From NCBI RefSeq assembly GCF_009914755.1, contig NC_060940.1: 64,000 nucleotides of DNA. One strand, given 5' to 3'. The translations under genes were made by a program, and so were the position numbers. Position 1 is the stretch's first letter. The number at the start of each line of letters is the position of its first letter. The DNA is from the human T2T-CHM13v2.0 reference genome, Homo sapiens. The notes below the pieces were generated by a model. It had not been told where the DNA came from and made no database searches. It saw only the letters and a program-made list of their open reading frames with translations. This document shows, piece by piece, positions 12,690-24,640 of this stretch.

Positions 12690-13610
12690 ACCATCAACCA
12701 CAGGAGACTGAGATCTTCCTAAGGTATAAAGCTGATCTTCTCATTTGCTTTCAAGAGACCTTGGGATAAAAATCCTAGAAATCAAAGCTCCTGGACATGA
12801 TTTTTGAATATAGTGACTCTACACACTGGTTTGTCTGAGGCAGTCCTGATTGGAGTCTATTAGCCTAGACTCTGAGACCTAGAGTCATTATTCACGGAGC
12901 CCACATCTGCTGTCAGCATTGGAACATTACATCAGGAAGTGGAGTGATGAAACCCTTCATGACTTGGTCCTGCTCACCTCTTTGACCTTTTCTTTACTTC
13001 TTTGCAGACATCCCATGTGCTGCTGCTTCTAGTAGACATTCTTCTTCCCCACCATCCCACCCACTTTCTACCTCTTCTCATGAAGTGCAGCTTTTTATCC
13101 TTCAGAGCAACCACACAAACAAGTCTGCATAATAATCAGCTAACAACACAATGACAGGATCAAATCCACACATGTCAATATTAATCTTGAATGTAAATGG
13201 GCTAAATGCCCAAATTAAAAGGCACAGAGTGGCAAGTTGGATTAAGAAGCAAGACCCAACAGTATGCTGTCTTCAAGAGACCCATCTCACATGCAATGGG
13301 ACAGCCTTCAGAGTTACAGCCCAACCCCTATATTTTTCTTCCCCTAAATCCCAGCTTTTCATACTTTAGAATGACCATCAGGTCAGCCCCTCTGACCCCC
13401 AAATCTGTCACCTCCTCTGTGCCCCACACCTTCATGAATGTCCCCTCACTCCTCATCACAATGCTATCTTAAATATTATGTCTCCCCACTAGACTGAAAG
13501 TTCCACTGGGACAAGATTCCTGATAATGCTATTCCTCCATACTCTACCCTCAAAGTCAAACGCAGTGCCTGACATGTGTTAGAATGTATATGTTGAATAA
13601 AATAAATGGA
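12690..13610 (+). mobile_element. Fragmented L2, interrupted by the L1 piece below
   Basis: L2 3' motifs 'tctccccactagactgaaagttcc' and 'cagtgcctgacatg...gttgaataaaataaatg'. Confidence 0.65.
13108..13298 (+). mobile_element. Isolated internal L1 fragment: inter-ORF spacer plus first ~49 codons of ORF2 endonuclease
   Basis: ORF at 13151, MTGSNPHMSILILNVNGLNAQIKRHRVASWIKKQDPTVCCLQETHLTCN, is the L1 ORF2p N-terminus. Confidence 0.92.
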
Positions 13611-15329
13611 CCTGCTCATTGAATAAGTCTCATGAGGTGAGAGTGGTTGGGGAAAATTCTCAGGAACTCTGAAAATGGAAAAGGACTAGAGCATTACAAA
13701 GGTGATAAAGCAGCTAGTGTGTGACAGAGGCTTTTATTCTCTTAAGGAAACACAAATGCTCCTAAGAATAGCATGTTTTCTGCTAGTCTTGGGAGATTTC
13801 AAGGGAATTACCAAGCTGATTTCAGATAGAGCCCTGGCAAGGGCAAACAGTCATAACCTTCCATCCAAGCTGCCTCTGGGGCGGGTCCAGGGTCCCACCA
13901 CCAGTGCCCTGTTTCAGGGAAGGAAGCCACCATTGTCCCCTGGACCAGGTCAACAGAGTCTGGCACTTCTGCAGGCAGCACCTGCCAAAGCCACTGCATG
14001 GGCTTCACCCCTCCCAGTAAGCACAAACATAATTCTGCAGCATCCCCAGAAATCTCTCTAGAGGCAGCCAGCCAATTAAATGAACATTGTTAATGTTTCC
14101 CAAAGCTCTGGTCCCTCAATGTCCACACCAGGGGGACAGTGTGTGGGGCAGGGGGGAGGGGAAAGACTATTGCAGCATTTACTCCCAATGAAGGAATTGA
14201 TCTGTGAGGGTGATCTGCACTAATTACAATAAGAAGATGTAAGATAACAATAGTCAACACTGTCATAAATTCCCAGGGCATCACAGTTGGAAGCAAATAA
14301 ATGTGCACAAACACATGAACACACCAACACTAAGCTTTTGGCTGGGGAAAGAAAAGGAAGCTGCTTCCCAGCCTTCCTCTTTCTAGACAAAGGTTTTCTC
14401 AGCCTGATTTTCTCGGCCCGGAGGTCCCTGGACACTTGTACCATCAGTAACACTTCACAGAGCCTTCATTCCTAACAAATAATTAGCTAAAATTGAACCA
14501 GGGATTTCTTACATGTATGTCATAGGTCTGATATGAATAACGAGGCAGAAGGTTAACGGTGGGTCAGAGACAGTTCCCCATCTTCCAGCTTATTTATTCA
14601 GCGAAATGAGAAATTGATCACATTATTGCGTATAGGGGGAGCCTGATTCATTGCAATCAGCTTGGAATTGGCAGTTTTGACTGTAGGCAATTTGGAGACA
14701 TTACTTATGCCTGAATAGGCCAGGGAAGGTCATTTATAGCTTGTTAACACCTTTCCAACCTCCAGCATGGCCAGCTCCGACTCCCCTACCCTATTTGCCC
14801 TGGACCTAGACCAAATAAAAAAAAATAGAGAAAAAAATCATAGAGAGATGAGAATGACACTATAAAATTAAAGGCACTATGAGAGATACTCCAGAGGAGG
14901 CTTAAAATGTATGTGCAACATAATATACTCTATTTGTACATCCATCCATCTGTCCATCTATCCAGCTGCCCACTCATCCCTTGTTTATTCATATGTGATT
15001 TATTCATAAACCCATTTCCTAAACACTGCTCACTAATGCAGGATCAGCCATTGCATCAGGCACTGTGGCTGCAGAGATTAAAGGATGCCCAGAGGCCTGT
15101 GACAGCCTCTCCAGAGGGAGGCCAGTGGGTTTCATGCCAGGCTTTGGAGACATTCCTAGAATCCAGCACAGTTCCTGGCAACCAGGCAATACTTAGTAAA
15201 GGTGGGATGAAGGGAGAGTCCAGAGGACTTGCTGGCATAATTTGTGCCAGCTAACATTGCTGAGCACTTCCCGTGTGCGGAAACTTGTGTTGACAGCAGT
15301 GTCACAGGGTTTCAGGCCTGGCTGCAAGA

Positions 15330-15520
15330 GTTGGACTGTAGAGTTAGCCAAGACTGTGGACTCAGATTCCGAGCTTCAGTTTTCTTATCTGTAAAGTGGA
15401 GACAACAGTAGAACCTAACTCAGGTGACATATAAAATCAAACACTTAGAAATAGTGTCTGGTGCATTCTAAGTGCTAAATAAATGACAGCTATCATTATT
15501 ATTATCATCATCATTATAAT
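15330..15520 (+). mobile_element. MIR
   Basis: 'gagcttcagttttcttatctgtaaagtggaga...cttagaaatagtgtctgg...aataaatgacagctatcattatt'. Confidence 0.8.
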
Positions 15521-15614
15521 CTGCATGACTGGAAGACACCTTTGTCTACCCTGTGAGAACTGCTTTTTTTTCCCCCAAATCCTCCAAGTAAAAGAAGGGA
15601 GTGAAATGTGGTGT

Positions 15615-15900
15615 TTTGACTACTTGTTGTTACATAATCAATCAAACCAGACCTTAGTGACTTAAAACAACATCAACTATTTATTATCTCTCCTATTTCT
15701 ATGGGTTGACTGTGCTCAGCTGGGTGGCTCTTCTGCTGGTCTCACTTGGGGTCTCTCATGCAATTGCTGCCAGACAGATACTAGTCTGGGGCTAGAATCT
15801 AACTGCAGGTTTAACTTGGATATGAGGACAGGTGGATACCTCTTTACCACCCTATATAGTCTCAAGACCTTACCTCTATAACCAGGAGAGCATGGGGACT
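15615..15900 (-). mobile_element. MLT1-family MaLR LTR fragment
   Basis: 'cttagtgacttaaaacaaca...atttattatctctc...tgggttgactgtgctcagctgggtggctcttctgctggtctcact'. Confidence 0.75.
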
Positions 15901-17199
15901 AGCATGCCAATGAGATATAGCAGGCTAGGAGCAACATGCTACAAGAAGTTCCATATCTCTGCTCTAGCAAGTAATGAAGGTTACCTGAATACATAGGAAT
16001 GGCTTTATTACATGGTCTTTTCCTTAAAATCATTAAATACTGCCCCCATCCCAGGACTATACTGAATGGAAAGATGTAGCCTGGCCTGTTTGCACCATCA
16101 ATATCCTTTTTAATAGCTTTGTGCCTAGTTCTTGTTTGTTGACTAGATTCCATTTTTTAAATCCTCGGTGTGCCCACTCTCAGAGGAGCCCTTGAGCTTC
16201 TTTTGTTCCCCCTAGAGGATCACCCTTCTTTGCTAAATTCCAGTTGTCTTGAAGCCAGACCCAGCTCTACCATAAGTAACAGACCCACAAACAAATGTTC
16301 CACCTCAGACAGGCAGCTGGTACAAGAAGTGAGGTGGAAGGGGCAGTGAGGGCCAGGGCTGAGACTGTTGGTGGTCTCTACCTTTTTCCCACCTCTTCCC
16401 CTGCCATACACACACACACACACACTCACGTGCACTTACACAGAGATGCACACACAGAGTTATCCTCACTCTCTTCCCAACCCTTTTTTTCTGCCCTTAG
16501 AATAAACAAAACTCTTTCATTCTGGGGCCTGAAAGATTCCATAATGAATTGAGACTCTTAACAGTCTATTTTAATAAAACTCAGCTCCCTGGCTGTATGG
16601 AGACCATAAAACATGCAGGTTCCAGCAATAATATGTTTAGTAGCCCTGCTTGATAAAGTGGAAATGTTTGCATGTTTCAAATTATGAGCAATTTAAAGTA
16701 GGAAGCTAGCAAGCCAGTTCTTGGGTTATGAAGCCTGACATCGTTAAGCCTTAAGAGAACACATACTTCAAAGTCTCCTGGTCTGAAATATGTCCTGTGC
16801 ACTGCTCAGCGAGAACCAGCTGGATAAGCCTACAGCTGGCTGGGAGGGGGAACCCACAGCCTGATGCTATTTGGCCGACGGAGTGTCAACCCTTCAGCAA
16901 ATATGCAGAATTTTTGTTTGGGAAGATGTTATCCCAAGGAAAGCCCTGCCTGCCATAAGCCCTGCTCCCTTGAGACTCATACACTCTTGAGGTGCCCATA
17001 AACTTTGATTTTGGAGGTAATGGTTTGGCATCACCAAATAATTCAAATAAATACTGAATATTATAGGGGAAATCTTAGTTTCTGGCAGTGGTGAATCTTA
17101 TCAGTGGTTTTAACCAGACTTTATCTGAATCCCTCTGCTCTGATTTATTTTATATTAGATTTTGTGTTATTTTCATTGGAACAAAAGGTTTTTGCAAAG

Positions 17200-17650
17200 T
17201 TCCCCCTGCTCTAGCCATGCTGGGCTCCTTTCTGCCCCTCAAACCTGCCAAGCTTCTGCCCACTTGAGAGAATCCTCTTAACTAACACTTGCTATTCTCT
17301 CTACCTGGAATACTTTTCTCCCATTTTTTGTTCAATTGCTTGTTTTGTTTTGTTTTCATTTTTATTATGTATGGTTGGCTTATTCTTGTCCTTTAGTTTT
17401 CAGCTTAAATGTTACCTCTTTGGAGAGGCCTTTCCTGATCACGCCAGGCCTCTCCACTAATTTTCTCATGTCTCGTTGGTTTTCTCTCTTTGGGTATCTA
17501 CCATGATCTGGTAATTATTTTGCTTATTTGTTTGTTTACTTGTTTACTGTCCATCTCCCTCAATAGCATGTCAGCTCCATGACAGGAGGGTCATTGTTTC
17601 TCTTGTTCACCACTGGGTGGCACATAGTATGTTCTCAATAAATGGTTGTT
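17200..17650 (+). mobile_element. L2a 3' region
   Basis: 'cagcttaaatgttacctc..gagaggcctttcctga...tcagctccatgacagg...ggcacatagtatgttctcaataaatggttgttg'. Confidence 0.85.
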
Positions 17651-17888
17651 GGATGGATGGATGGATTGATGGATGAATGGGTGGGTGGATGGATTGATGG
17701 GTAGATGAGTGGATGTATGGATGAGTGGATGTATAGATAGGTGGATAGATGGATGGGTAGATGGGTGGGTAAACAGGGGGGTGGATGGATGGGTGAATGA
17801 GTGGGTGGGTAGATGGATGGATGGATGCATGGATGGATGAATAGATGGATGGATTGATGGATGGATGTATGGATGGATGAACGGATGA
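17650..17888. repeat. Degenerate (GGAT)n microsatellite grown from the L2 tail
   Basis: Directly visible tggatggatgg variants. Confidence 0.95.
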
Positions 17889-19826
17889 CCTATAAGAATT
17901 CTTTAAATGCCAAGACTTTGGGATTATGAGTCCTTAGGGGATATGACTTCAGGAGAAGGTGAACCAGATTTGAAAGTTAAGTGCACTGTTTTGACCCCAG
18001 TGGTAGCTCTTGCAACAATAGGAAGGCAGGTGAACTCATGGTTCACGTTTGGGAAGATGAATTTCCAGCAATGAAAATGACCCCACTTTCTCCTCTTTCA
18101 ACATCATACTCCTTCAGTTTATTTTCCCATGGTCCAAGATGGGAGATACAATTTCTATACCTTAAAAAAATCTCATAATTGTACCCACCCTAGATTCTCC
18201 ATCCCTGAGTAGCACCCCCAGTCACACAGGAACAAAGACCAGTCTGTTCTTGGCTAGACAGCCGAGCCAGGCCCAGTCACTGTGTGGTATGCGACCCTGA
18301 CCGGCTGGCTGAATTCTTCAGCTGATAAGAAGGCTGCACCTCATTGCTAGGAGGGAGCGTGCAGATTAGGTGAGGAGATCTCCCTGTGGCTCACTCTGTC
18401 ACTGCCCCCACAGGGAAGGGACCCCCAAGTTCCACAGGGTTTCCCCTTACTCTCCCCAAACCTCAGTTGTATTCTAATCATCCCTTAGTATCCAGGCTGT
18501 CTCTCTTTCCCTGGGTATCATTTGACAACTGGACTTGACCAGTAAAACTAATGATGCCTCCATCAAAGGGCCTTGGGGAGGGAGGCAGGCAGCTCAGAAT
18601 TTAAAAAACACAACCTAGAACAACGTTGTGAATATGGGTGCCCTCTCCCTGGGCCCTGCTCCAGTTGCCTTTAGTAAACAGCTTCACTAGTTTCCCTGCA
18701 TTTTTCCCAGCCATACCCCCAGAATCAGAATGGAGTATTCTAGGGCCACTGGGTAGTGTGCACAATTGTACCCCACTCACTTCCAGAGACGTTGGGCACA
18801 GGAGCACAGTGTGAATGGCATCTTCCTGAAGTTGTGCATTATGGCAGCCCCAGGAAGCCCTGCACAGACATCAGTTTCAGAGACTGGAGGCTTGGAGGCC
18901 TGTACAATGACACTTGTACCTGCATGTACCCCCATCATGAAAGATCAGTGTCCTCGTGCATTAGGCTGCATTTGGGTTGTTGGCTGCGGAATATTTCTAC
19001 TGTCAGTTCAACAAAAAGTGTGATGATCACAGTGAAGCTTAACAAAGAAAATGCTATCAGGCAATTAGTAAACCCAAGTCAGCAGGACTGAAGTGAAATT
19101 TTTCATGTTGGGAAAATCATGTTCATTTGCGTGTGACAAATGTTGGCATGTGAATGCCATGCCCAGGGAAGCTAAGGATGATAGCTGCTTTTTTTCTTTC
19201 TGCCCCTACAGTTTTAGTTCAGACCCTCTTCTCTGTTCTGGGATATCAAAAGGAAGGCATGCAGGAAATACACACTTGCATTTTGTGCAGAATAAGTAAG
19301 GAAGAGGTCAATGCTGCGAGCTGGGATGTGGAACATGGCTCTTAGGGAGGAAAAAGTCAGGGTGAAGAGAATACAGAGAGGAGGAGCAGTTTTGTTTAGT
19401 ACCCAGGAGGGGGCCGTTAAGGAGCTGCTTTGAAACCTGTCCCCAGAAGACCACAGCCTGAGCTCTGCCTGTATGACCTGGAAGGTTGGGGGTGGGAGAG
19501 GCCCCCTACTCAGCCAGGTGCTACTTATTATGAATAAACACTCACCTCCACAGCCCCAGAGTTATAGGTCAGCCGAGGCAACATTTACAGCAGAGGGATC
19601 ACTGAAGCCTCCCCAGGCCCCTCAGCTTAGAGGCCAGCTATCATCTGGGTGGGTGGCTCAATCCGACTTGGGGGTCAGGCCCCAGACGCCTGTGGGAAAG
19701 TATAAGGGCTTGGGGCATTATTAGATCCATGACTTCCCCTCTGATTTCTTTTTTATGAACCTGCCTTTATAAACTCACATGTGTTTGCTTTGGAAAAACT
19801 TTTTCAGGGGGAGCCCAAAGATGTGA

Positions 19827-20963
19827 CCTTCTCAGCGTGCCCCTTCTCCTCCCTAGGCAGGGTCTCCTTCTCAGCATATCCCCTTCTCCTCCCTAGGCAG
19901 GGTCTCCTCAGCTTGCTCCCTTCTCCTCCCTAGGCAGGGTCTCCTTCTCAGCGTGCCCCCTTCTCCTCCCTAGGCAGGGTCTCCTTCTCAGCATGCCCCC
20001 TTCTCCCTAGGCAGGGTCTCCTTCTCAGCGTGTCCCCTTCTCCTCCCTAGGCAGGGTCTCCTTCTCAGCGTGCCCCCTTCTCCTCCCTAGGCAGGGTCTC
20101 CTTCTCAGCATATCCCCTTCTCCTCCCTAGGCAGGGTCTCCTTCTCAGCATATCCCCTTCTCCTCCCTAGGCAGGGTCTCCTCAGCTTGCTCCCTTCTCC
20201 TCCCTAGGCAGGGTCTCCTTCTCAGCGTGCCCCCTTCTCCTCCCTAGGCAGGGTCTCCTTCTCAGCATATCCCCTTCTCCTCCCTAGGCAGGGTCTCCTC
20301 AGCTTGCTCCCTTCTCCTCCCTAGGCAGGGTCTCCTTCTCAGCGTGCCCCCTTCTCCTCCCTAGGCAGGGTCTCCTTCTCAGCATATCCCCTTCTCCTCC
20401 CTAGGCAGGGTCTCCTTCTCAGCATATCCCCTTCTCCTCCCTAGGCAGGGTCTCCTCAGCTTGCTCCCTTCTCCTCCCTAGGCAGGGTCTCCTTCTCAGC
20501 ATGCCTCCTTCTCCTCCCTAGGCAGGGTCTCCTTCTCAGCGTGTCCCCTTCTCCTCCCTAGGCAGGGTCTCCTTCTCAGCGTGCCCCCTTCTCCTCCCTA
20601 GGCAGGGTCTCCTTCTCAGCATGCCCCCTTCTCCTCCCTAGGCAGGGTCTCCTCAGCTTGCTCCCTTCTCCTCCCTAGGCAGGGTCTCCTTCTCAGCATA
20701 TCCCCTTCTCCTCCCTAGGCAGGGTCTCCTTCTCAGCATATCCCCTTCTCCTCCCTAGGCAGGGTCTCCTTCTCAGCATATCCCCTTCTCCTCCCTAGGC
20801 AGGGTCTCCTCAGCTTGCTCCCTTCTCCTCCCTAGGCAGGGTCTCCTTCTCAGCGTGTCCCCTTCTCCTCCCTAGGCAGGGTCTCCTTCTCAGCGTGTCC
20901 CCTTCTCCTCCCTAGGCAGGGTCTCCTTCTCAGCGTGCCCCTTCTCCTTCCTAGGCAGGGTCT
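19827..20963. repeat. Minisatellite/VNTR, 29 copies of a 40-bp unit (37-39-bp variants)
   Basis: Unit CCTTCTCAGC(GTGC/ATAT/ATGC/GTGT)CCCCTTCTCCTCCCTAGGCAGGGTCT. 37-bp variant CCTCAGCTTGCTCCCTTCTCCTCCCTAGGCAGGGTCT. Units counted by hand. Confidence 0.98.
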
Positions 20964-21274
20964 TTGAGCCGCCCCAAGGTATAATGTGTTCTTGGATGTG
21001 AATAAAGCATTTATTGGGGTTTAAGACTTTACTAAAGCTCAGGAAACCACTGGGACACAAGTGTCTGACTTTGAGCGAATGATACCAGAATTCTTGGCCC
21101 AGCAAAGTGGTTCCCTACCTGCACTGTGTTCTTAGAGTCTCTCAGTTCCCTTCCCCCTGGGCTCCCAGGCCTTCCCTGCTAACTTCTCCTTGGCTTTCCC
21201 TCTTCCAATTGCCAATCTTTAGCCTTCTTGGTGGCATGGATTCTGGGAGTAGGAGAGTAGGAAATAATGGGGAT

Positions 21275-21610
21275 ATTTCATTTATTAAGCACCAACTAGA
21301 TCCCAGGCACCATGTGAGGCTCTGAGAACACGATGGAGAATTAAGCACAGTCCCGCCCTCTGTAAAACCTTCTGTCTAATGGAGATGATCAAGAAGTGAG
21401 CAGCCTGTGACAACTCGAGGGAAAAATGCAATGATTGGATGGGCAGGGCCAGGTAAGGGGTTAAATCATGATGCATTGAGAGCATAGGGGAGTGCTTCCT
21501 GGAGGAGGTGGCTCCTAAGTTGAGACAGGAAGGGCAAGTGAGAGTTATTTAGGTGTAGAGGAGGAAGATCTGAAGAGGCAGAGGTGTGGGCAAGTTGAAA
21601 TTGCTTTAGG
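21275..21610 (-). mobile_element. L2 fragment
   Basis: 'catttattaagcacc...ccaggcaccatgtgaggctctg...gcttcctggaggaggtg'. Confidence 0.75.
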
Positions 21611-21823
21611 AAGCTCAATGAAAGGGCAAGGAGGGGGCGTGATAATACCATCCTTCAGGCCTTATGAACAGACTGCAGTGGTCACACACTGAGAAGCCCA
21701 CTGAAAGTTAAGATCTGGGTAACCTCACAAACAGAATAATGGGAGTGACTTGTCTGCGAGGAAGATGCTGGCTGCAGCTGACCAGCTCCAGGGCAAGGTC
21801 AGACATGGGTTCAGGAGTTTCAA

Positions 21824-22280
21824 TATGGTGGCTTAAAGATGACCACTAATTCTTTGTCATCCAAAGGCGGTCCCTTTCCTCCCTCCTTGAATTTGGGCAC
21901 AAAAATTGTCTTGGGACTTCCAAGTGCAGACTTTGAGAAAGACAGTTAAGCTTTCTTCCCTTGGAGGCCAATGGTTACACTGTGAGATGTCCAAGTCAAA
22001 GGAGAGGCCACATAGAGGTAAATCAAGGTGCTCTGCTCAACAGCCCCGAATGGACTTCAAGCCCACAGCCAGTATCAACTGCAACCATGTGAGACAGCCC
22101 TCTTGGTTGCTCCAGCAGAATTGAGTCCCCAGAGGATTCCAGCTCTAATCAGCAACACCTGGAACAGAAGAACCACCCCCACAGTGTTCAATCAACCCAC
22201 AGAATCTTGGAGAGATGATAAATGATTGTTGTTTTAAGGCACTAAGCTTGGGATGGTGAGATCGCTGAAATATTAGACAA
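21824..22280 (+). mobile_element. MLT1 (MLT1H-like) solo LTR
   Basis: 'ggagaggccacatagagg...cagccagtatcaactgcaaccatgtgag...cccacagaatcttggagagatgataaatgattgttgttttaaggcactaag'. Confidence 0.8.
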
Positions 22281-22389
22281 AGGCCCAGTCCTCTGAAGCT
22301 GAAGCAAAAATCAGTCACTAGTGCCAACAAAGCTCCCCACATTAGCTCATTCTGCCAACAGTTTGAGGAGCTCAAGATTCCACTTTCCT

Positions 22390-22833
22390 ATGTGATATAT
22401 ATATAGGATATATAGGATATGGATATATGGGATATAGATATATAGGATATATAGATATATAGGAATACTATTCAGCCATAAAAAAGAATGAAATCATGTC
22501 TTTTGCAACAGCATAGATGGAACTGGAGACCATTAGCCGAAGTGAAATAACTCAGAAACAGAAGGTCAAATGCCACATGTTCTCACTTATAAGTGGGAGA
22601 TAAGCAGTGGGTACACACAGACATGCAGAGTGGAATAACAGACACTGGAGACTCCAAAAGGTGGGACAGTGTGTGAAGGGGGTGAGAGTTGAAAAATTAC
22701 CCATTGGGTACAACGTTCACTATTCAGGTGATGGGCACATTAAAAGCCCAGACTTCACCACTATGCAATATATGCATGTAAGAAACCTGCACTTGTACCC
22801 CCTAAATTTATAAAAATTAAAAATTAAAAAAAA
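22390..22833 (+). mobile_element. 5'-truncated L1 (L1PB-like 3' end) with an internal (ATATAGG)-type expansion
   Basis: L1 3' UTR 'aaagcccagacttcaccactatgcaatatatgcatgtaa...ctgcacttgtacccc' and A-tail. TSD 'attYcactttcct' on both sides. Confidence 0.9.
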
Positions 22834-23079
22834 TTTCACTTTCCTGATAGTCCTCTTTCCTCAATTCCACCTTCAATTAACCAGTAAGCATCAGTGGAAT
22901 ATGTTGTCCAAGGCACTTGAGGGGACAGGGGGTGTACGGAAGACACAAGAAAATATTCCCTGCTCTCAAGAGGTCCACTTATATATCTGATAAGACGAAT
23001 ATACCATCCCAACTCAGAATTTGTTCAAGCCAGAAGTTTAGATGTCATCCTCCATCCTTTGATGCCCCTCCCCATTTAA

Positions 23080-23500
23080 CATTAACAACTAACATGTGCT
23101 CAGTACCTTTAATATGCTAGGTATCACGAATTAACTCATTTAGTTCTCAAAACCCTATTAAAATAGTATTTTTCTTTCCCATTTCACAGGTGAGGAAATT
23201 GAGGCACACAGTTATGTCACTTGCATAAGTCACAAAGCTAGTTCATGACCGAGCTAGAATTGGAATCTTGGCCAGGTAATTCCAGATGTTTCACTCTTAA
23301 CCATTCTATAGAATCAGCACCCATCTTTGAGTCAGAGTTTGAGATGCAAATCCTTTACTGTATAGCCTTGATCAAATGACTTCACCTCATTGAATTAATC
23401 TTCTTCTGCATAAAATGGGGTCACCATCTGCTTATCTAAATTGTTACAAATGGGACAGTATATGTGCCATTCCAGATACCTAATCACAGCTCAATCGATG
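23080..23500. mobile_element. Two MIRs in opposite orientation
   Basis: 'cccatttcacaggtgaggaaattgaggcaca' (-) followed by 'ccttgatcaaatgacttcacctc...aaaatgggg' (+). Confidence 0.75.
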
Positions 23501-23691
23501 CTGGTGTCTTTTTCCTTTTTCCTTCTGCAGAAAACATGCTTTACATAGGATCTCTGAACTTAAAGAATGGGTAAGCCATGGCAATAGCATGCTTCAAATT
23601 GAATTTATGGTATATTAGGCAGTGGCTTCTACTGAAGAAGTTTTCTGTTGTAGCCAGGCTCTATAATCATTGTAAATATGTTGCTCTAAGG

Positions 23692-23908
23692 CAAGAGTTG
23701 ACAAATTTTTCTGAAAAAGATCACATAGTAAATATTTTAGACTCTGTGGTCTGTATAGTTCCTGTTACAGCTACTCAACTCTGCCCCTTATAGTGTGAAA
23801 GCAGCTTAGGCGCTATGTAAAGGAATGTGTATGGATGTGTTCCAATAAAACTTTATTTACAAAAGCAGGCAGCTGGCCAGATTTAGTCTATGGACAGTTT
23901 AGCCCCTG
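23692..23908. mobile_element. MER58A (hAT-Charlie)
   Basis: 'atagtaaatattttag...tactcaactctgcc...tgtgttccaataaaactttatttacaaaa'. 8-bp TSD ctctaagg/ctctcagg. Confidence 0.9.
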
Positions 23909-24269
23909 CTCTCAGGTAAGCTGTAGAGTTTCTGCTGAAAGAATCTCTTCTAGTCCTGGGAAAAGATCCTGTAAGTTAGGAAATTGGTAACTAGAGGGTA
24001 AAATGAAGGAGCTTGGTGAGAGTTTTTATAAGCAGTGAAAATTCTGCCAAACTATTCCCATGACTTTTGATATCCAGCATGGTATAACCCTGGCTCTGTA
24101 TCAAGTTTTCAATTCTGATATTGCAGTTTTGAAAGTAGTTTATAGAAACATAAGAACTCATTAAAAACTCATTCAATGATCCACTTTGTAGCCTTGTGAC
24201 TAATCCAGAAAGTAGAGTCTGTGTCTCTTTAGGACATAACCCTCCCTAGCAAGGTTCCTATAGAAAACT

Positions 24270-24640
24270 AACCCCCGGAAATAACACTAGGGGAAAAAAG
24301 TGTTCCATGGTAAAGTATGTTTGGAAAAGTTTACATATTTTATTCTCCCTCTTGGAGATTTCTAATGGATATAAACATATTAAAAAGCTGAGAATTCCTA
24401 TAGTAACAAAATCCATTAATCTTGGTTAACTCTGACTTTTACAAACTCACTTGACCACAAAAGCTTAGGTTAAAATATGGGATCTGGATTCAGTAAAATG
24501 AGCATAATAATACTTATCTCCTGGGGCTGGTGTGAAGAGCACATCTGATGAAGCGTGTGCTTAGCACAGGGCCTGAGAGAGAATACACAGGAACTAGATG
24601 TTGGCTGTTACATCAGCAGCACACTTGGGAAATGCTGGTC
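24270..24640. mobile_element. MER103C-like hAT element interrupted by a MIR fragment
   Basis: 'gtgttccatggtaaagtatgtttggaaaa...caaactcacttgaccaca' and 'cacacttgggaaatgctg'. Confidence 0.6.

Noticed and set aside
19827-20963. CRISPR-like array
   Set aside because: The units are contiguous tandem repeats without unique spacers, in a eukaryotic context with no cas genes.
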